Shown: positions 38,264 to 51,719, numbered from the stretch's first letter. The stretch is 64,000 bases of DNA from Neodothiora populina (GCF_041146345.1 NW_027191405.1:992001-1056000), one strand, 5' to 3'. Made by a program: numbers and translations. The notes: generated by a model not told the origin, from the letters alone.

Positions 38264-40717
38264 TCACGCAGATCCGTTGTCGATACCGCATTTCCTGAGC
38301 GTGTTCCTTGCCGTTGTAATTTTGAGCCCGACTCTGTTTGGTTGGGATTGCGTTAGCGACTTCATGTCAAGCTCAAGGGAACGATCATGACGGCAATAAG
38401 AGTCAAGACAAAAGGAACGGGTGGAAGGGCGAGTGAGACAAGATCAAAAAATGGAACAAGAATCATAAAGGAAAAAAAATTGCTGACCTGGCATCCAAAT
38501 CATAGCTGTCCCATCGAGCCGCCTTCTCAAGCCACTCGGAGCAAACGACCAGATCCGGCTTCGAGGCACGCTCGCCGCCAGACTCGACCCACAGGTTGAC
38601 AGCCATCTCGTAGTGCGCAACAGGTAGCGTCCAATTGTCTCTGTGGCCACCTCGGATCTCAGCCCATTCGTGGGAGAGCAGCTGTGTGCGTAATATCTCC
38701 TTTGCTTCTGCCGTGCGGCTGAGTCTGCTCGTTGTGACTGCACGAAGGAAAGAGAGGATTGCTTGTTCGTCGAAGCTTTCGCTCTTGGTCGTCGTCGTCG
38801 TTGTTGCTTCGTGCAGTACTGCGAGACTGTGCTCCAGGTCTTCCGGTCGCATTCGCTTGTATCCGTTCCAGAAGTATATCATTTCCTCTACTGGGGCGAC
38901 GCCTACAGCGTCTACGAAAGGGAGATGAAGTTCCGTCGCTCGGGCTTCCCACTTGGCAATCTTGCGGGTGACGAAAGCGTCGAAGGGGAGTTGTTTGGCC
39001 ATGAGACGCTTCTTGCCTGCATGACTGGGAACGCTTCGCAGGAGTTTGGTGGCCTCTTCGGCGTGCTTTTTGGCTTGCGGCGGATTCGTGATTTTGTTTT
39101 CCCTGTACATCTGCACATGGCAGCAGCCAGCAATGTAAAAGTACAAGCCATGAGACCAATTGTTGAGCTTCACGCATGTGAGGAAGGCATCGGCGCAGTC
39201 TTGGTAGCGGTGTAGATACATGCTGTTCAGACTGCGCTCGAACCATTGCAAGGCTTCGACTTGCTTGAGCGGACTTTTGTTCTTGCGAGGATCTCCCACC
39301 TCGAGCGCGGATTCGAGCTTCTTGTCGCCAGCTAGCAGTCGGGCTTCTTCTAGCAGCCACAATCGTGATTGCGGAAATCTTGAGCGCATTCTTGCGAGTA
39401 GCGCTCTCAGTCTTTGCTCCGGATAGGCGCTTTGAGAGACGATGTCACAGAACCCTACCATACCATTGTAGTAGCCTAGAGTGACCAGACCTGCCATAGC
39501 CCCGTTGATTCCGTTGATCTCGGCATGTCTTATCGCCCGCCAGAGCATGGCGAGACCCTCGTCACGGTCGCCCTTGAAGCCCACGACGTATAGTAATTTG
39601 GAGAATGCAGGTGGGACCATAGAGAGCAGCAGCTGTAAGATGCCGAAAGATAGGTTCATGCTCGAATGAATGAACAAGTCGATGGGATGTTGCGTGAGCT
39701 CGTCGAACACCGCATCTTCAAGCTCAGCACTTTGTACGGTCGCACCCTCCGACTCGTCCGACTTTAGGTCTAAGTTGTCCAGTTTCGATGCAAGCTTTTC
39801 GGATTCCAGATGTCCTTGATAGCTGGCAGGAGTCGAGGAGTCGAGATCTTCGTTTGCGTCCTCGAAGTCCATCTCTTCATCGTCCGAGGAAGCCTTCGTG
39901 TCGCTCTTTTCTCGGTCATCAGCCACCATAGGGGGCTTCTTCATACTACTTGTAGAAGCTAGCGATAACCTAGAACTGTTGACCGAGTTTCCGGCGACGC
40001 TCATCGAGCTTCTGGTTCTCAGATATCGCTTTTCGGCATCGGCTATCGCCTGTAGTGTCACGTAGGCCTTCCTGAGCTTGTAGAATCCTCGCAGACTCTC
40101 AGAGAGACTTTCTGACAAGACAGCAACGACGGCGCCCATGAGCTGCGCTTCAGCTTGGCACACTGCATACTCGCTACCAGCAGGGTAGATGTTGGACTTA
40201 TGAGCGTGCCGATGCGCAACTCTCTGGGACTGATAGGCAGAATCCTCGGCGGCGGACAGGGCTTCGGCCGCTTGCTTCATCACCTCGGGTTCGAATCCTA
40301 GACAGCCGAGTGTAAATGGACTGGTGTAGAACCAAGGAAGAAAACATCAAACGACCTACCGAGAGTTGCTCTTATGAAAGCCACAGTACCTTTGCCCAGC
40401 TACTTGAATATGTACTGAGCATGCGTTTCTTGCAATAGCAGAAGAAGAAGCGCCTTCCGGATTTGCTTACCTTGTGGAAAGGCGAGTTGCCCTTTGACAG
40501 CAATGTGTCGGCAGTCTCGACATCATCGTTCAAGATATGCAAAACAGAAGCCAGAGCGTCTTCTACTACAAGAAAAGGGCATCAGATGGCAAGATCGCGT
40601 GAACTGATTTATGGGTGGATACGCGGCAGACGTACAGGCTTTCGGCTCATCCAAGGCAGTCAGCGATTGCGTAGAAGCGTTCTTGCTTGCTCCGAGCCAT
40701 CCTCCCACTCTTTTCAT
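38264..40717 (-). CDS. IML2: Inclusion body clearance protein Iml2 (TTC39/DUF3808 family)
   Basis: ILNDDVETA..GNSPFHK..ATLGFE, IYPAGSEY..AEAQLM, PPAFSKLLYVVGFKGDR, KQLPFDAFVTRKIAKW and YDLDARVGLKI. Four introns. Confidence 0.93.
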
Positions 40718-41079
40718 TATTGTGGCAAGAAACGAGATGTACTCGAAAGTAAGCGAATCCGGGTGTTCCAATGAAGCCGAGTGCAGTAAGAGAAACAGAC
40801 ACAAACAAAACAGCAATGGAAACGAAGAATCAGCAAGCCTGTTCACCGACAACAACCCTTAAATTTACACATGTACAAGTATATGATTCTTTCTGGGAAT
40901 GTAGTGGTCAGACGAAAGGTAGAGAGAGATGCACGTGGAAGTCGATCCTGAGTCCAGCCGCCCATCATTGCCCATCAATGATGTTGTGAAGCCCGGACGG
41001 CCTGGATCGGAGAAAATGATAAGGTAAGCCCGTGGAGTAAGCGGGACGTCATTGTGGATGAGATGAACCTAGGTGTAAG

Positions 41080-41131
41080 GAGGTAGCCTTATGAGGTAGC
41101 CTTATGAGGTAGCCTTATGAGGTAGCCTCAT
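41080..41131 (+). repeat. Four 13-bp tandem repeats GAGGTAGCCTTAT in the divergent IML2/SEM1 promoter
   Basis: Three exact copies plus a final GAGGTAGCCTCAT. Confidence 0.95.
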
Positions 41132-41534
41132 GAACTGAATGCGCGATTTTGGGGGAGGGAATGGTAGGACTTTGGGTGGGCTCAAACTAGACCTTAGACA
41201 GTACAGTATCTTGGGGTGTTTGTCTTGTTTGCCCAGTGTGTTGCGCGTATACCTTAAGCTACAAGTGTGAAGTACAGCTCGGGACTTGGAAACACCGATG
41301 ATGATGGCTTAACACTGAGCTACTGTACACTAAGTACATCTATCACGCTGATACTCAACTTCATAACGCACATCATCAACCCACGAAATCAATATACCAC
41401 ATCGCTCCATCGACCCAGAGACACTTACTAAAGTCTTACCAATAGTCCACACATAGACCACACGACATTACCAAGTGCCCTCACACCTGGCAATCCACCA
41501 GACACAATCAACACCAACCACCAAACCACCCACC

Positions 41535-42007
41535 ATGTCCGGCGCAGCAGCCCCCAACAGCGCAAGCACAAAGTCGACCACCAACGACTCCAAGGACGTC
41601 GCAGCAGTACCAGCGCAGAAGCCCGTGGCGCAGCTAGAAGAAGACGATGAATTCGAGGACTTTCCCGTAGAAGGTACGGCCCCCCCTCACACCCTTGCCC
41701 TCCCCTCTCTCGCTTCTCTCTCGCGCGCCTACGAAGAATCCACAAAGAGCGACAAACTGACAAGAAGACCGAGAATCCAGACTGGCCCGCGGAAGAAGAA
41801 CTCGGCTCGTCGGCTTCAGGCTCAGCATCAGGCACGACGCACCTGTGGGAGGAGAGCTGGGACGACGACGATACGAGTGATGATTTCTCGCTGCAGCTCA
41901 AGTATGTCTTTACTTCTCTTTCTGTCACTCACTCCCCCAAAAGAGAAGTCGATGGAGGCTGATTTGAGAATGACAGAGAGGAACTCGAGAAGATGGGTGG
42001 CAAGTGA
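41535..42007 (+). CDS. SEM1: 26S proteasome subunit Sem1/DSS1
   Basis: Exons 41535-41673, 41781-41901 and 41977-42007. Reads LEEDDEFEDFPVEDW...HLWEESWDDDDTSDDFSLQLKEEL. Confidence 0.96.
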
Positions 42008-42572
42008 TTCTTTCGCTAGCGGCGCCGTACAAACGTGTACCTTAGGCTGGTAATGTAACTTCTCCCCGTCTGCTGGTGTTCAAGAGATATAGCATCAGGA
42101 CGGAGCAGACGAAGAGAGAGGGGAAACAGAAGGGAGAATCGAACCTGAGATTCCGATGGAAAACATGACAAAAGACCGTCGAGGAGAGAAGAAAAAAAGG
42201 ACACTAGATTGATGAGGGGCCGATGAATGCCCTGCTCTATACTGCAAACTACAACATTCCCCTAATGATGACGATCCGGACGGGGAGGGGTTTGTGCACG
42301 TCAAGAGAGAAGAGAGTCTCGAGTCGATGGTTATCGGTGGGAACTACATCACAGTCATCATGAAGTGAATTGCGAGATAGGCAGTATTCGACATGACCAC
42401 AAAAATTATAAAAACATGAAAAAAAAAACGTTTGTTGGTATTGTTTCTTCTTCTTGGGCCAACTATAGACTTGATCTGTCGGCTCCTCTTCCTTTTTCAT
42501 ACCCCAGAGCCCGTGTCAGACAAAAGATAACCTCGAATTTCATCTCATCGTTTCTCTCTCCCTCTTGTTCTT

Positions 42573-43372
42573 TTACTTACTGGAGAGAGCGGCGACACCA
42601 GGCAGTTCCTTGCCCTCGAGGAGCTCGAGAGAGGCACCGCCGCCGGTAGACACGTGGCTGAGCTTGTCCTCGACACCGTACTTGGCGGCGACGGTGGCAG
42701 TGTCACCACCACCGATGATGACAATCTTTCCGTTTTGTGCGGCCTCGACGGCGGCGTTCATGGTGCCCTTTGTGCCGTTGGCGAACTTCTCAAACTCGAA
42801 GACGCCGGGGGGGCCGTTCCAGAGGATGGTCTTGGCCTCGTCGATGGCGGCCTTGTAGGCCTTGAGCGACTTCTCGCCGCAGTCGAGACCCATCCAGCCG
42901 TCGGGGATACCCTCCTCGTCGGTGGCGGTCGAGGTGTTGGCGTCCTTGTCGAACTTGTCGGCGGTGATGTAGTCGCAAGGGAGAACAATCTTGACGTTGT
43001 TCTTCTTGGCCTTCTCGACGAGGTCCTTGACCGTCTTGCTGCCGGCCTCATCGAACAGAGAGTCGCCGATCTTGACACCCTCGAGCGTCTTCTTGAAGGT
43101 GAAGGCCATGCCACCGCAGATGATGAGGCTGTCGACCTTGCCGAGGAGGTTGTCGATGAGCTGGATCTTGTCCGAGACCTTGGCACCACCGAGGATGGCG
43201 AGGAAAGGACGCTGGGGGTTCTCGAGCGCCTTGGCGAAGTACTCGAGCTCCTTCTTCATGAGGAAACCAGAGGCCTTCTGGGGGAGGTCGACACCGACCA
43301 TGGAAGAGTGAGCGCGGTGAGCGGTTCCGAAAGCGTCGTCTGGGAGGCAAGGTTAGTCGACCAATCGTTGCG

Positions 43373-43404
<32 letters not shown>

Positions 43405-43994
43405 GCTACTCACTGATGTAGACATCACCGAGGGCGGTGAGGCCCTTTCGGAACTCCTCGACCTTGGCCTTATCGGCCTTGACCTTCTTGCCCTCGGCGT
43501 CCTTGCTGCTTCCCTCCTCCTCGGCGTGGAATCGGAGGTTCTCAAGCAGGACAATACCGCCGTCAGTGACGGAGTTGACCGTCTTCTCGACCTCAGGGCC
43601 GACACAGTCGCTGGTGAAGGTGACCTTCTTGCCCAAAAGCTTCTCGAGCTCGGCAACGACGGGCTTGAGTGAGTACTTGGGGTTCACCTTTCCGTCGGGA
43701 CGGCCCAAGTGCGACATGAGGATGACGGCCTTTGCGCCATTGTCGACGGCGTACTTGACGGTGGGAAGAGCACCGACGATACGCTGGTTGTTGGTGATAT
43801 TCTTGTCGGCATCAAGAGGGACGTTGAAGTCGACCTGAGAGGGCACATTGTCAGCTGATCTTGTCCTTTCCTACCATCCGACAACGAGGCAGCAAGAAGT
43901 GGTTGATGCCTGATCATAAACAACTTACACGGATCAGGACGCGCTTGCCCTTGAGGTCGACATCGGTGATGGAGAGCTTGCTGGAGAGAGACAT
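42573..43994 (-). CDS. PGK1: Phosphoglycerate kinase
   Basis: [29 protein letters not shown]...[41 protein letters not shown]. Introns at ~43929-43835 and ~43412-43340. Strong codon bias. Confidence 0.99.
43374..43402 (-). repeat. (CAG)n microsatellite in PGK1 intron 2
   Basis: About nine TGC/CTG units on the + strand. Confidence 0.9.
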
Positions 43995-44571
43995 TATGCA
44001 GATCTAGTCAAAGACTGTATATGAAGGAGTTGCAGTAGAATGTCAATGGAGTGTTGGAAAAATGAACAAATGGATGGTGGTGATAGAGTTGGTTGAGTTC
44101 GGGGTTCGGTAGCTCTGAATTTGTATGCAGCGATGCTTTTCCTAGTGAGGTGGCATGAGAACAGCACATGGTGGGGCAGACAGCAGACATCACCAAGTGG
44201 GGGGACAGAGGAAGGCAAATGCGCAAATGTCCGAAGTACCAACGACAGTTGGCTGAGGCCTGTATCATCGTACTTGTATGCCTCAACCTTCGATCACGGA
44301 TGACAGGTATTTGTGTAAAGAAATTGTTGTTCGACGAGGTAGGTAATTGTTCTCGTCTGCCTCGCTCGACTTTGTAACAGAAATGCGCCCGAAACACCTT
44401 GCGCGGAAGCAATAGGCCAGCCTGGCCAAGACCAAGAAATTCGCCGAGCCCGAGAAAACATCACCCCAACACGCAGTGTGGAGAGCGAGGATGAGATGAT
44501 ATTCCGCGCATGATCACGTCGGTCAGCCACAACACTCGCAATCCTCCTACCCCTCCTTACAGCACCTGCAT

Positions 44572-45710
44572 CTACACTTCGTCTGACGAGTTTGTCAAGG
44601 AAAGATATGCGGTCCATGCGATACCGATACTGGAAACAAAGGGCTGCGAATAAACCGATTAGCATATTATCGGTGATAACAAAGTGCTGCTGCTTCTTCT
44701 TACAATTTGAAATTGAATCGGAATGACGCGGAAGTTGAGCATCTGCACAGCCGGCCATACTATGTAGTTTGCCTTGAGTGCGGGCACGTAGACGTCCTGG
44801 AACTTCCTGGCCACCGCCTTGCGACCACCTCCTTCCGCCACAGTCATAAAGGTAAAGAAGCATCCGAGACCGACCGGGGCGAACAGCAGCTGGTCAAATG
44901 CTACTCGCTTGAGAGCGGGCAGCGTACCTGCAGTGCTGGTCAGAGGGAATGTGCGACTCAGGAAGGCGAACCATCTGAGCTGGATTGGCGCCATCATGAA
45001 ACCGTATGCCATGAATCTGGTCAATCTCTCAAAGTCAAAGGGAGGAGGGAGATGGCTAGACTCGGGGATCAAGTCCTCTTCGGGCCATGGTATCTTGCGA
45101 TCCAGCTCGTGGATCTCCACGGCGTAGAAGTCATCGTCGTTTGCTCCACCGGGCTTTCGAACCGCCCGTTCTCGGATCGCTGTCAAGGTTTGAGCAACAG
45201 TGTCTGCAACGCCACCGAGTACCTGCCACATTGCCCTTGTGTAAGTGATCCTTGCTCATAGACACACATGGCTTATCAAAGGCGAGAGGTGAAGAGATAT
45301 GAGAAGAGAGTGATAAGGAAGACGAGGGACGATGTGGATGAAGCTTACGGCGTTGGTGATCATCGTGGTGAGCACTGTGAGCATAGCATGTCAGCAGCAA
45401 CATTCATAGCAATCCGAAGTTCCATCATGCCAATTGTACATACCTGGTCGACGACCATAATAGACATTGTATCTCCTCACTAGAAAACAGACACTTGAAT
45501 CAGCTTTGATGTTGCATACAGCATGCACTACACCGTGACGTATCCGGCTCGTATATGATGCGCGGGAAGGAGCATAGTACCGAGTAAACCCAGCATGATG
45601 AACTCGACAAGAAAAACAATCAGATGGAGCAAAGGATAGCGACCCTTGATGAAGGTGATGTATCGTGTAGGTATCTGGCCAGTCGGCCGTCGGTCAAACA
45701 CAGTTGGCAT
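44572..45710 (-). CDS. Mpv17/PMP22-family membrane protein
   Basis: YYGRRPVLTTMITNAVLGGVADTVAQ, FDFERLTRFMAYGF, KRVAFDQLLFAP, ANYIVWPAVQMLNF and AWTAYLSLTNS. Four introns. Confidence 0.92.
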
Positions 45711-46791
45711 TGTCTTGTGTCTGTGTGTAAGTGTCGTTGTTTTTCCTTTTTGGCACTTGCACCAGTGTCGCAACAAGTCCGAGTTGCGCTTAGGTTGTCT
45801 GCGCCCGAATGTGGATGTGCTGAAGTCACCGTAATGGAATCGGTTGTACAGTGAGGCGGCTGTGATGTCACCGTTGGCCTGTCCGACTGAAATGACTGAC
45901 GGATGTCAAGGTACTACTACTGACTGCACTGCAATGTGCTTCGGGCGCGCTCGCTCTACTCGTATTCGTGGCGACAGCAAACCTTCGCGACCTGCGCGAT
46001 GAATATTCAGAGTAATGAAGGGGAACGAAAGGGTAGAACAAAGAAGAAAGGTTGAAATGCCCGGGTCAAGTGATGCGGCATAAAAACCGACAGACGGAAA
46101 GTGATTCTGTGGCCTCACTAAGGTAGCCTCAGTAGGGTACTGTGCCTTAGGTAGCCTTCGGATGTTGCGACAGTCACACACAACGTGCGCGTGGCGCAGT
46201 CTCGGCCTCCATCTCCCACCCCCAGATTTCAACTTCCCGAGAGCCGATCATGAGTGCATTTCACACACGATTTACACACGTTCATCTCGCTTGATCACTT
46301 ATCTTTCATTGCGTTATTTGTGATGATGGTGTAATTAGTAGTAGCAGTGAAAGATCCTGGCTTGTTCACTTTCTATAGTGTTTTATTTTGGTAGTTATCC
46401 ACTCTGCATCTCTCAGCGCCAGCTGCTGGCCTCGCGCCTTCACCTCTCAATGTCTCAAAGACATTGCATTGCGACTCTGGAAGTCAAGGCTATGCTTTTG
46501 TCTCAACAATGAGCTGGAAGGAACACACAACCCCTACACCCTGTACAACACTGCTTTTCGTAATGCAACTCATTCTCGCTGATATGCACCAACCTGATTT
46601 GAACGCCTTGCTTGCACTCTGCCGCTTAAGACAGGCACGTGATTTTAATAACATCGCTTCCATGTCGTAGAAACACCTACTGAATGTGCAACTCTATGTC
46701 CTTTTCGACAATCGTGCTTACATCTCACCAGAGGACCGCCAGTCCACGACCTTCCTTCGCATGTTTTTGTCATTTACATCTTACTTTCTTT

Positions 46792-49700
46792 TCACGCAGC
46801 ACCTGCGTTCTTCGCTGCAATCTTCTGGAACAGTGACTTGAGCTTCGATCCTGTCGTTCGCTTGTCAGCGCTTTTGTTTTGAGGCCAGTAGTTCTCAGAC
46901 AAGTAATTCCTACTCGTATGTTAGCAACACTTTCGACAAAAGTCATTTCATTGGTGACATACCAGAGCTTCTCCTCGACGGCACCGCCCTCGCGCTTGCC
47001 CTGAGTCTCGAAGAACTTGCCCGCCGTCTGCAGAGAATCTTTAAGGATATTTGCACGATCCTTGTCGTCGGGCACATGGGTCTTGGTAGCTTTCTTGACG
47101 CGTATGAGACAGTCTCGGATTGGCTCAACAAGCTTACGCATGGGATCCTCAGTGTGCGATGTGTGCTTACTTGTACCGTTCGTGGGCGCTGCTCGTGGCG
47201 AGTTCGCCAGCCGGTGTGGTTTGTTGCGTGCGTCTGACTCTCGGTGACGCGGTCTGTCCTCGCGATCACCAGTGGATCTGCGATGCGAATGGGCAGGCGA
47301 TCCTTTATGGACGCCAGAGTTAGGAAAGCGCCGGTCGATAGAGTTGCGGTGCTCGCTTTTGTGCCTGTTGGAGTCTTCGCGCTGCAGCTTGCGTGATGCT
47401 CCAGGAGCTGGACTTGCCGAGACACTACCTCGGCGGTCGTGGCGGCCCTTGCTCGCCAGGTGCTTCTTGTTGTTGCGATGGTGGTTCTCCAGAGCCCTCT
47501 TAGCGGCCATGTTGGTTCCATTGCTGGTCTTGTCCTTGAGTACGCTGAGCAGGTAGTTCGCACGCCGGACCAAGTGCACTGCGCCAGGTGACTTTGCATT
47601 CTTTTCATCGCCCTTGGTGCGTTCCTCTTTGACCCCGACTCTATGCTCTTCGAGGAAGAACTTGTCTCCCATTCCGAGCTCAGTGTCATCACGGATCGCC
47701 ACCCAAGCGCCGTAGCCGTGTCTCGCAATGCCTACGCAGAGCATGCCATCTTCTCGTGCGCCCCAGGGACAGGAGTAGTGAGCAGGTTTTGAGGCTTCAG
47801 GAATGCGGAAGTTGCGCCAGTCACCGATGGACTCGGTCACCTCCTTGAGCATACGCATCTCGATGGGTCGTTCGGTCAAGGTCTCGGCATTCAATCGCTT
47901 GACACCTTTGAAGTCGAACAACACAGCCTTCTTGTCTTTCTTAGTGATGGGCTTATTTGATTCGCGCTCGAGAGCATGAACGCGGTCGATCTCCTCTTGT
48001 AGTAGACGCTGACTGGTCGACACGACTTCGTCGAGAGTTGCTTTGAGGATGTCGATGTCTCTGCCGATAAGTCTGGCTTCTTTGACCAATTCTTCTCGTC
48101 GGTCATCGATGGAACCGAACTTCTCGTGAGCACGGATCAAGTTTCTGACTTCCTTCTCATTCAATGGTCGCTTTGGGTCACGATCGGTGTTCGACTCGAC
48201 ATCAGAGTCAATGTCTGCCGCAGCTTCAGCCGCAAGATCGCGGGCTCGCTTTTTAGCAGCCCTCTGCTCGCGGGAGTCTTCGTTGGGCGCCTTACGTTTC
48301 CGGGGCTGATTTTGCTCGATGACTTCCTCAAGGTAGCTCTCGTTCTCCTTGCGCTGTTCTTCGGCCTTGATCTTGTCGAGCTCGTCTTTGGGTATGATTT
48401 CATCCCACTCGAGATCAAGTTTAACATCTGTATATTCAAAACTCTTCAGGAAATCTGCGCCACCAGTGGCAGTGATGCCAGCACCTTGCTCTGTATTGTG
48501 AATTTCGGCATTCTCAAGAACGGCGTCAATGTCCAGCTCTTCAAGCTTCTTCTGGTTCCCGGACTGCTCAAACATCTTCTGCCCGCGACGTCTGAGTATG
48601 CGAGAAATGTCATCTGAGGAGACTGGCTCATTGGTGCCAACACCTGCGGCATCGAGACTTGCCTTGAGCATGTTGGCTTCCTTCTCGGTGATGGCTTGGT
48701 GGATGGTGATGTGCTCGAGGATCAGCTTATTGCGGGCACGCTCCAAGACTTCTTCTTCCACAGTGTCTTTCGAGACGAGACGGTAGATACTGACAGGATT
48801 CTTCTGTCCAATGCGATGGGCGCGAGCCATGGCTTGGAGATCAGCCTGGGGGTTCCAATCGGAATCGAACAGGATGACGGTGTCTGCTGTCATAAGATTG
48901 ATGCCGAGACCTCCAGCACGGGTGGACAAGATGAAACAGAAGTCCTTGCTGTCAGGGGCGTTGAAGTGCTCGATGGCTTGACGTCTAGGCCCAGAAGCAA
49001 TCGTACCATCAAGTCTCTGATACTGGTGTCCGCGCAAGTGAAGATAGTCGCCTATGATATCCAACATCTTGACCATCTGGCTGAAGATGAGGACACGGTG
49101 GCCATCTCTTTTCATCTTGATGAGGAGTTGATCGAGCAACATCATCTTGCCGCTGCTAGTGACAATAGCTTTGAGCTGATCTTCTCGACTTGTGCTGCCA
49201 GCCAAGATGCGATCCTCGGCGTTAGGAAACATGAAAGGATGGTTGCTGGCTTTCTTGAGTTCCATCATGATATTAAGAAGCGACTGCTTCTGACCGCCTT
49301 TTGTGCCAGAGTTGAGGGCGGCATAGTTGCGGGTGAGGATGTTCTTGTAATATTCGAGCTGGACGTCAGACAACTCAACGCGAATGATCTTTTCGGTCTT
49401 GCCAGGAAGATCGCTGGTAACGTTCTCCTTGACGCGACGGATCATGTAAGGTGAGATAGCGGTCATGAGCTCCTTCAGTGCTTTTCTTGTGGCATCTGAA
49501 TCATCTATAGGAATGTCATCGTCGATGTCGATCACTCCAGGCATGAGGAAATCCATGAGGGCAGAGAGCTCCTTCAGCTCATTCTGTAGAGGTGTGCCAG
49601 TGATAAGCAAGCGACACGGAGCACCAAAGTCCATAAGCTTAACGTAGAGCTGAGATTCACGGTTCTTCAGTCTATGTGCTTCATCAACGGCCATGAACTG

Positions 49701-51719
49701 CCATTTGATCTGGGATAGAAATGTTGAGTCAAGTAGAATGTATTCGTAGGTGGTCAACATGACGTTGAACTTGACCTTCTTGGGGTTGTTATCCACCAAT
49801 AGCTCCCAATCTCGAATGATCTTACGAGAGGCTTCATTGCCGTTGTAGACGACATAGTTGATATCTGGCGTCCAATGATTGAATGTCTCAGCCCAGGCAG
49901 GCATAGTAGAGAGAGGGACAACCACTATGAAAGGTCCCTCTTGACCACGATCATGCTTGAGCCAACTCATGAAGGACACCGATTGGACAGTCTTGCCCAA
50001 TCCCATCTCGTCAGCCAGGATGACGTTGTTGCCCTTGCACCAGTTGTGCGCGAGGAAATTGACTCCAGCAATCTGGAAGTCTCTGAGTGTGCCGTGCTCG
50101 ATGTAGTCGGGCTGGTTGCGAAAAGGTTTGTAGGGAGAGCGAGTGGCCGGGTTGGATTCACGCTTGTCGGAATAAGGCAACTTCGATGAGCGGTCTAGGT
50201 ATCGGTCAATCTCGCCCTGAGCCAGTTCACTGACGAGAGTGCCACTCTCCCAGGTGCAACAGTCGTATGGCAGAGCGCGCCATTTGACGTAGTATTCGGT
50301 ATCATCGTCCCCTTCTCTTGAGCCGATGACTTTCTCGACCTTCATATAATCGGCGAGAGCATCAAGGTATGTCTCCCGATCCAGGATCCACTTCTCGCGC
50401 TCTTCGGGTGCCACGTCAGGATCCTGGAGGAGAGCCTGCTCTTCCTGGACAATCTTGCGGTAATAGTTCTCGAGACGGCGATAGCCACGGTACGAGGTGA
50501 GCGCCGTCCAAGGCTCCCAGGTGGCATGGTAGTGTGCTTGGCCTTGCCATTTGATCTGCGGTACTGTTAGAATGCCAATGGTGAGTGTGCAAGGAGAAGG
50601 CTTTGGATGTGAAGACATACAAAGAACTCGTAGTCGTGCTTATCGGGATGTTTTGTGTCTACGACAAAGTCAGTATGTTCATGCAGCCAACATTTCCAGA
50701 CCATGATGGGGACTTGCCTTTACCCTCAATCAGTCGGTGATTGAGAACGATGTCAATCGCGGGAGCATCATTCTCGGCGCTGGCCCAGTAGTTAGGCGTG
50801 AGGTTCTCAGAGTCATCTTCCTCTTCGAAGTCGTCCCCGTCATCCTCGTTGTATGTGGTGACTTTGGCAGCTCTCCTGGTAGAGAAGCGGACCTCGCTCG
50901 TGGTAGGGGTCCCCCGTGATGATGCGCCTTGCAGTCTACGGCGATGCTTCTTTGCGAAGTCGCGGCCACGAGCTCCTCCATAGGTATCAGAGTCCGAGTC
51001 GGAATTGGAAGCGGTAGGCTGGCGAGTGGAGGATGGTCGAGTGGAGGCTAAGAAAGGATCAGCGGAGATCAGACAGATGGCCGATGAGGTGGAAAAGGCT
51101 ACCTGGGCGCGCAGACGCAGCTGGCCTCATCCTCTTGCGGGCTCTGGCAGTGTTCACATCAGAGCCCGACTCATCGTCGTCTTCAGAGCTATCGATCTAC
51201 ATAATCAGTCACAGCACCACTACTGGTTTCAGGGGCTAGAATACACACCACTCGGCGCGATGGGCGAGCGCGTCCCTACAGAAGAATTAGATTCACGAAA
51301 GAATTGAAAGAGCGGTGGAAGTTGAGACGTACGCTACGACGGAGCCCGTATAGCTCAGGGTTCTGTTGCATGTATTTGTCGTCATCTACATCGACCTTGC
51401 GCTTCCTGGGTTGTGATGAGGTTTCTGATGACAAGCTGTTTCGACGAGACCCGTTGCTCTGGGGAGAAGGAGGCGATTCGGCAGCGTATTCGGCGTCTTC
51501 GGAACCGGCGGCGTCTTCCTCGCCTTCTGACTGCGAAGTGACCATATCCTGCATGTCCTCGTTCGCAAGGACCTCCTCCTGCTGCAGGTCTGTCGATGGT
51601 AGATTGGACGGGAGGACATCATTGACGTCCGAGAGTTCGCTGTCGCTACGCGAAGGTTGTGCGGCCGCGATTGGGTGGGGTGTTTCCGTAGGTGGAAGGG
51701 AAGGATCTTCAAGATCCAT
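46792..51719 (-). CDS. CHD1: Chromodomain-helicase-DNA-binding protein Chd1/Hrp3
   Basis: NPELYGLRRS, tandem chromodomains, a SNF2 ATPase (ILADEMGLGKT, DEAHRLKN, SDWNPQADLQAMARAHRIGQ) and a SANT/SLIDE region. Five introns; the last exon ends AAKNAGAA*. Confidence 0.97.

Noticed and set aside
40287..40298. GGTTCGAATCC, a tRNA T-loop / Pol III B-box look-alike
   Set aside because: No cloverleaf or A-box is apparent; it is the reverse complement of IML2 codons G-F-E-P at an exon start.
41080..41131. Short direct repeats as a CRISPR-like array
   Set aside because: There are no spacers, the unit is 13 bp, and the context is eukaryotic.
42654..43421. Long antisense ORFs over PGK1 (also over ERB1, CHD1, PRP40, NPL6)
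   Set aside because: These are shadow ORFs produced by codon bias and high GC of the real gene on the opposite strand.
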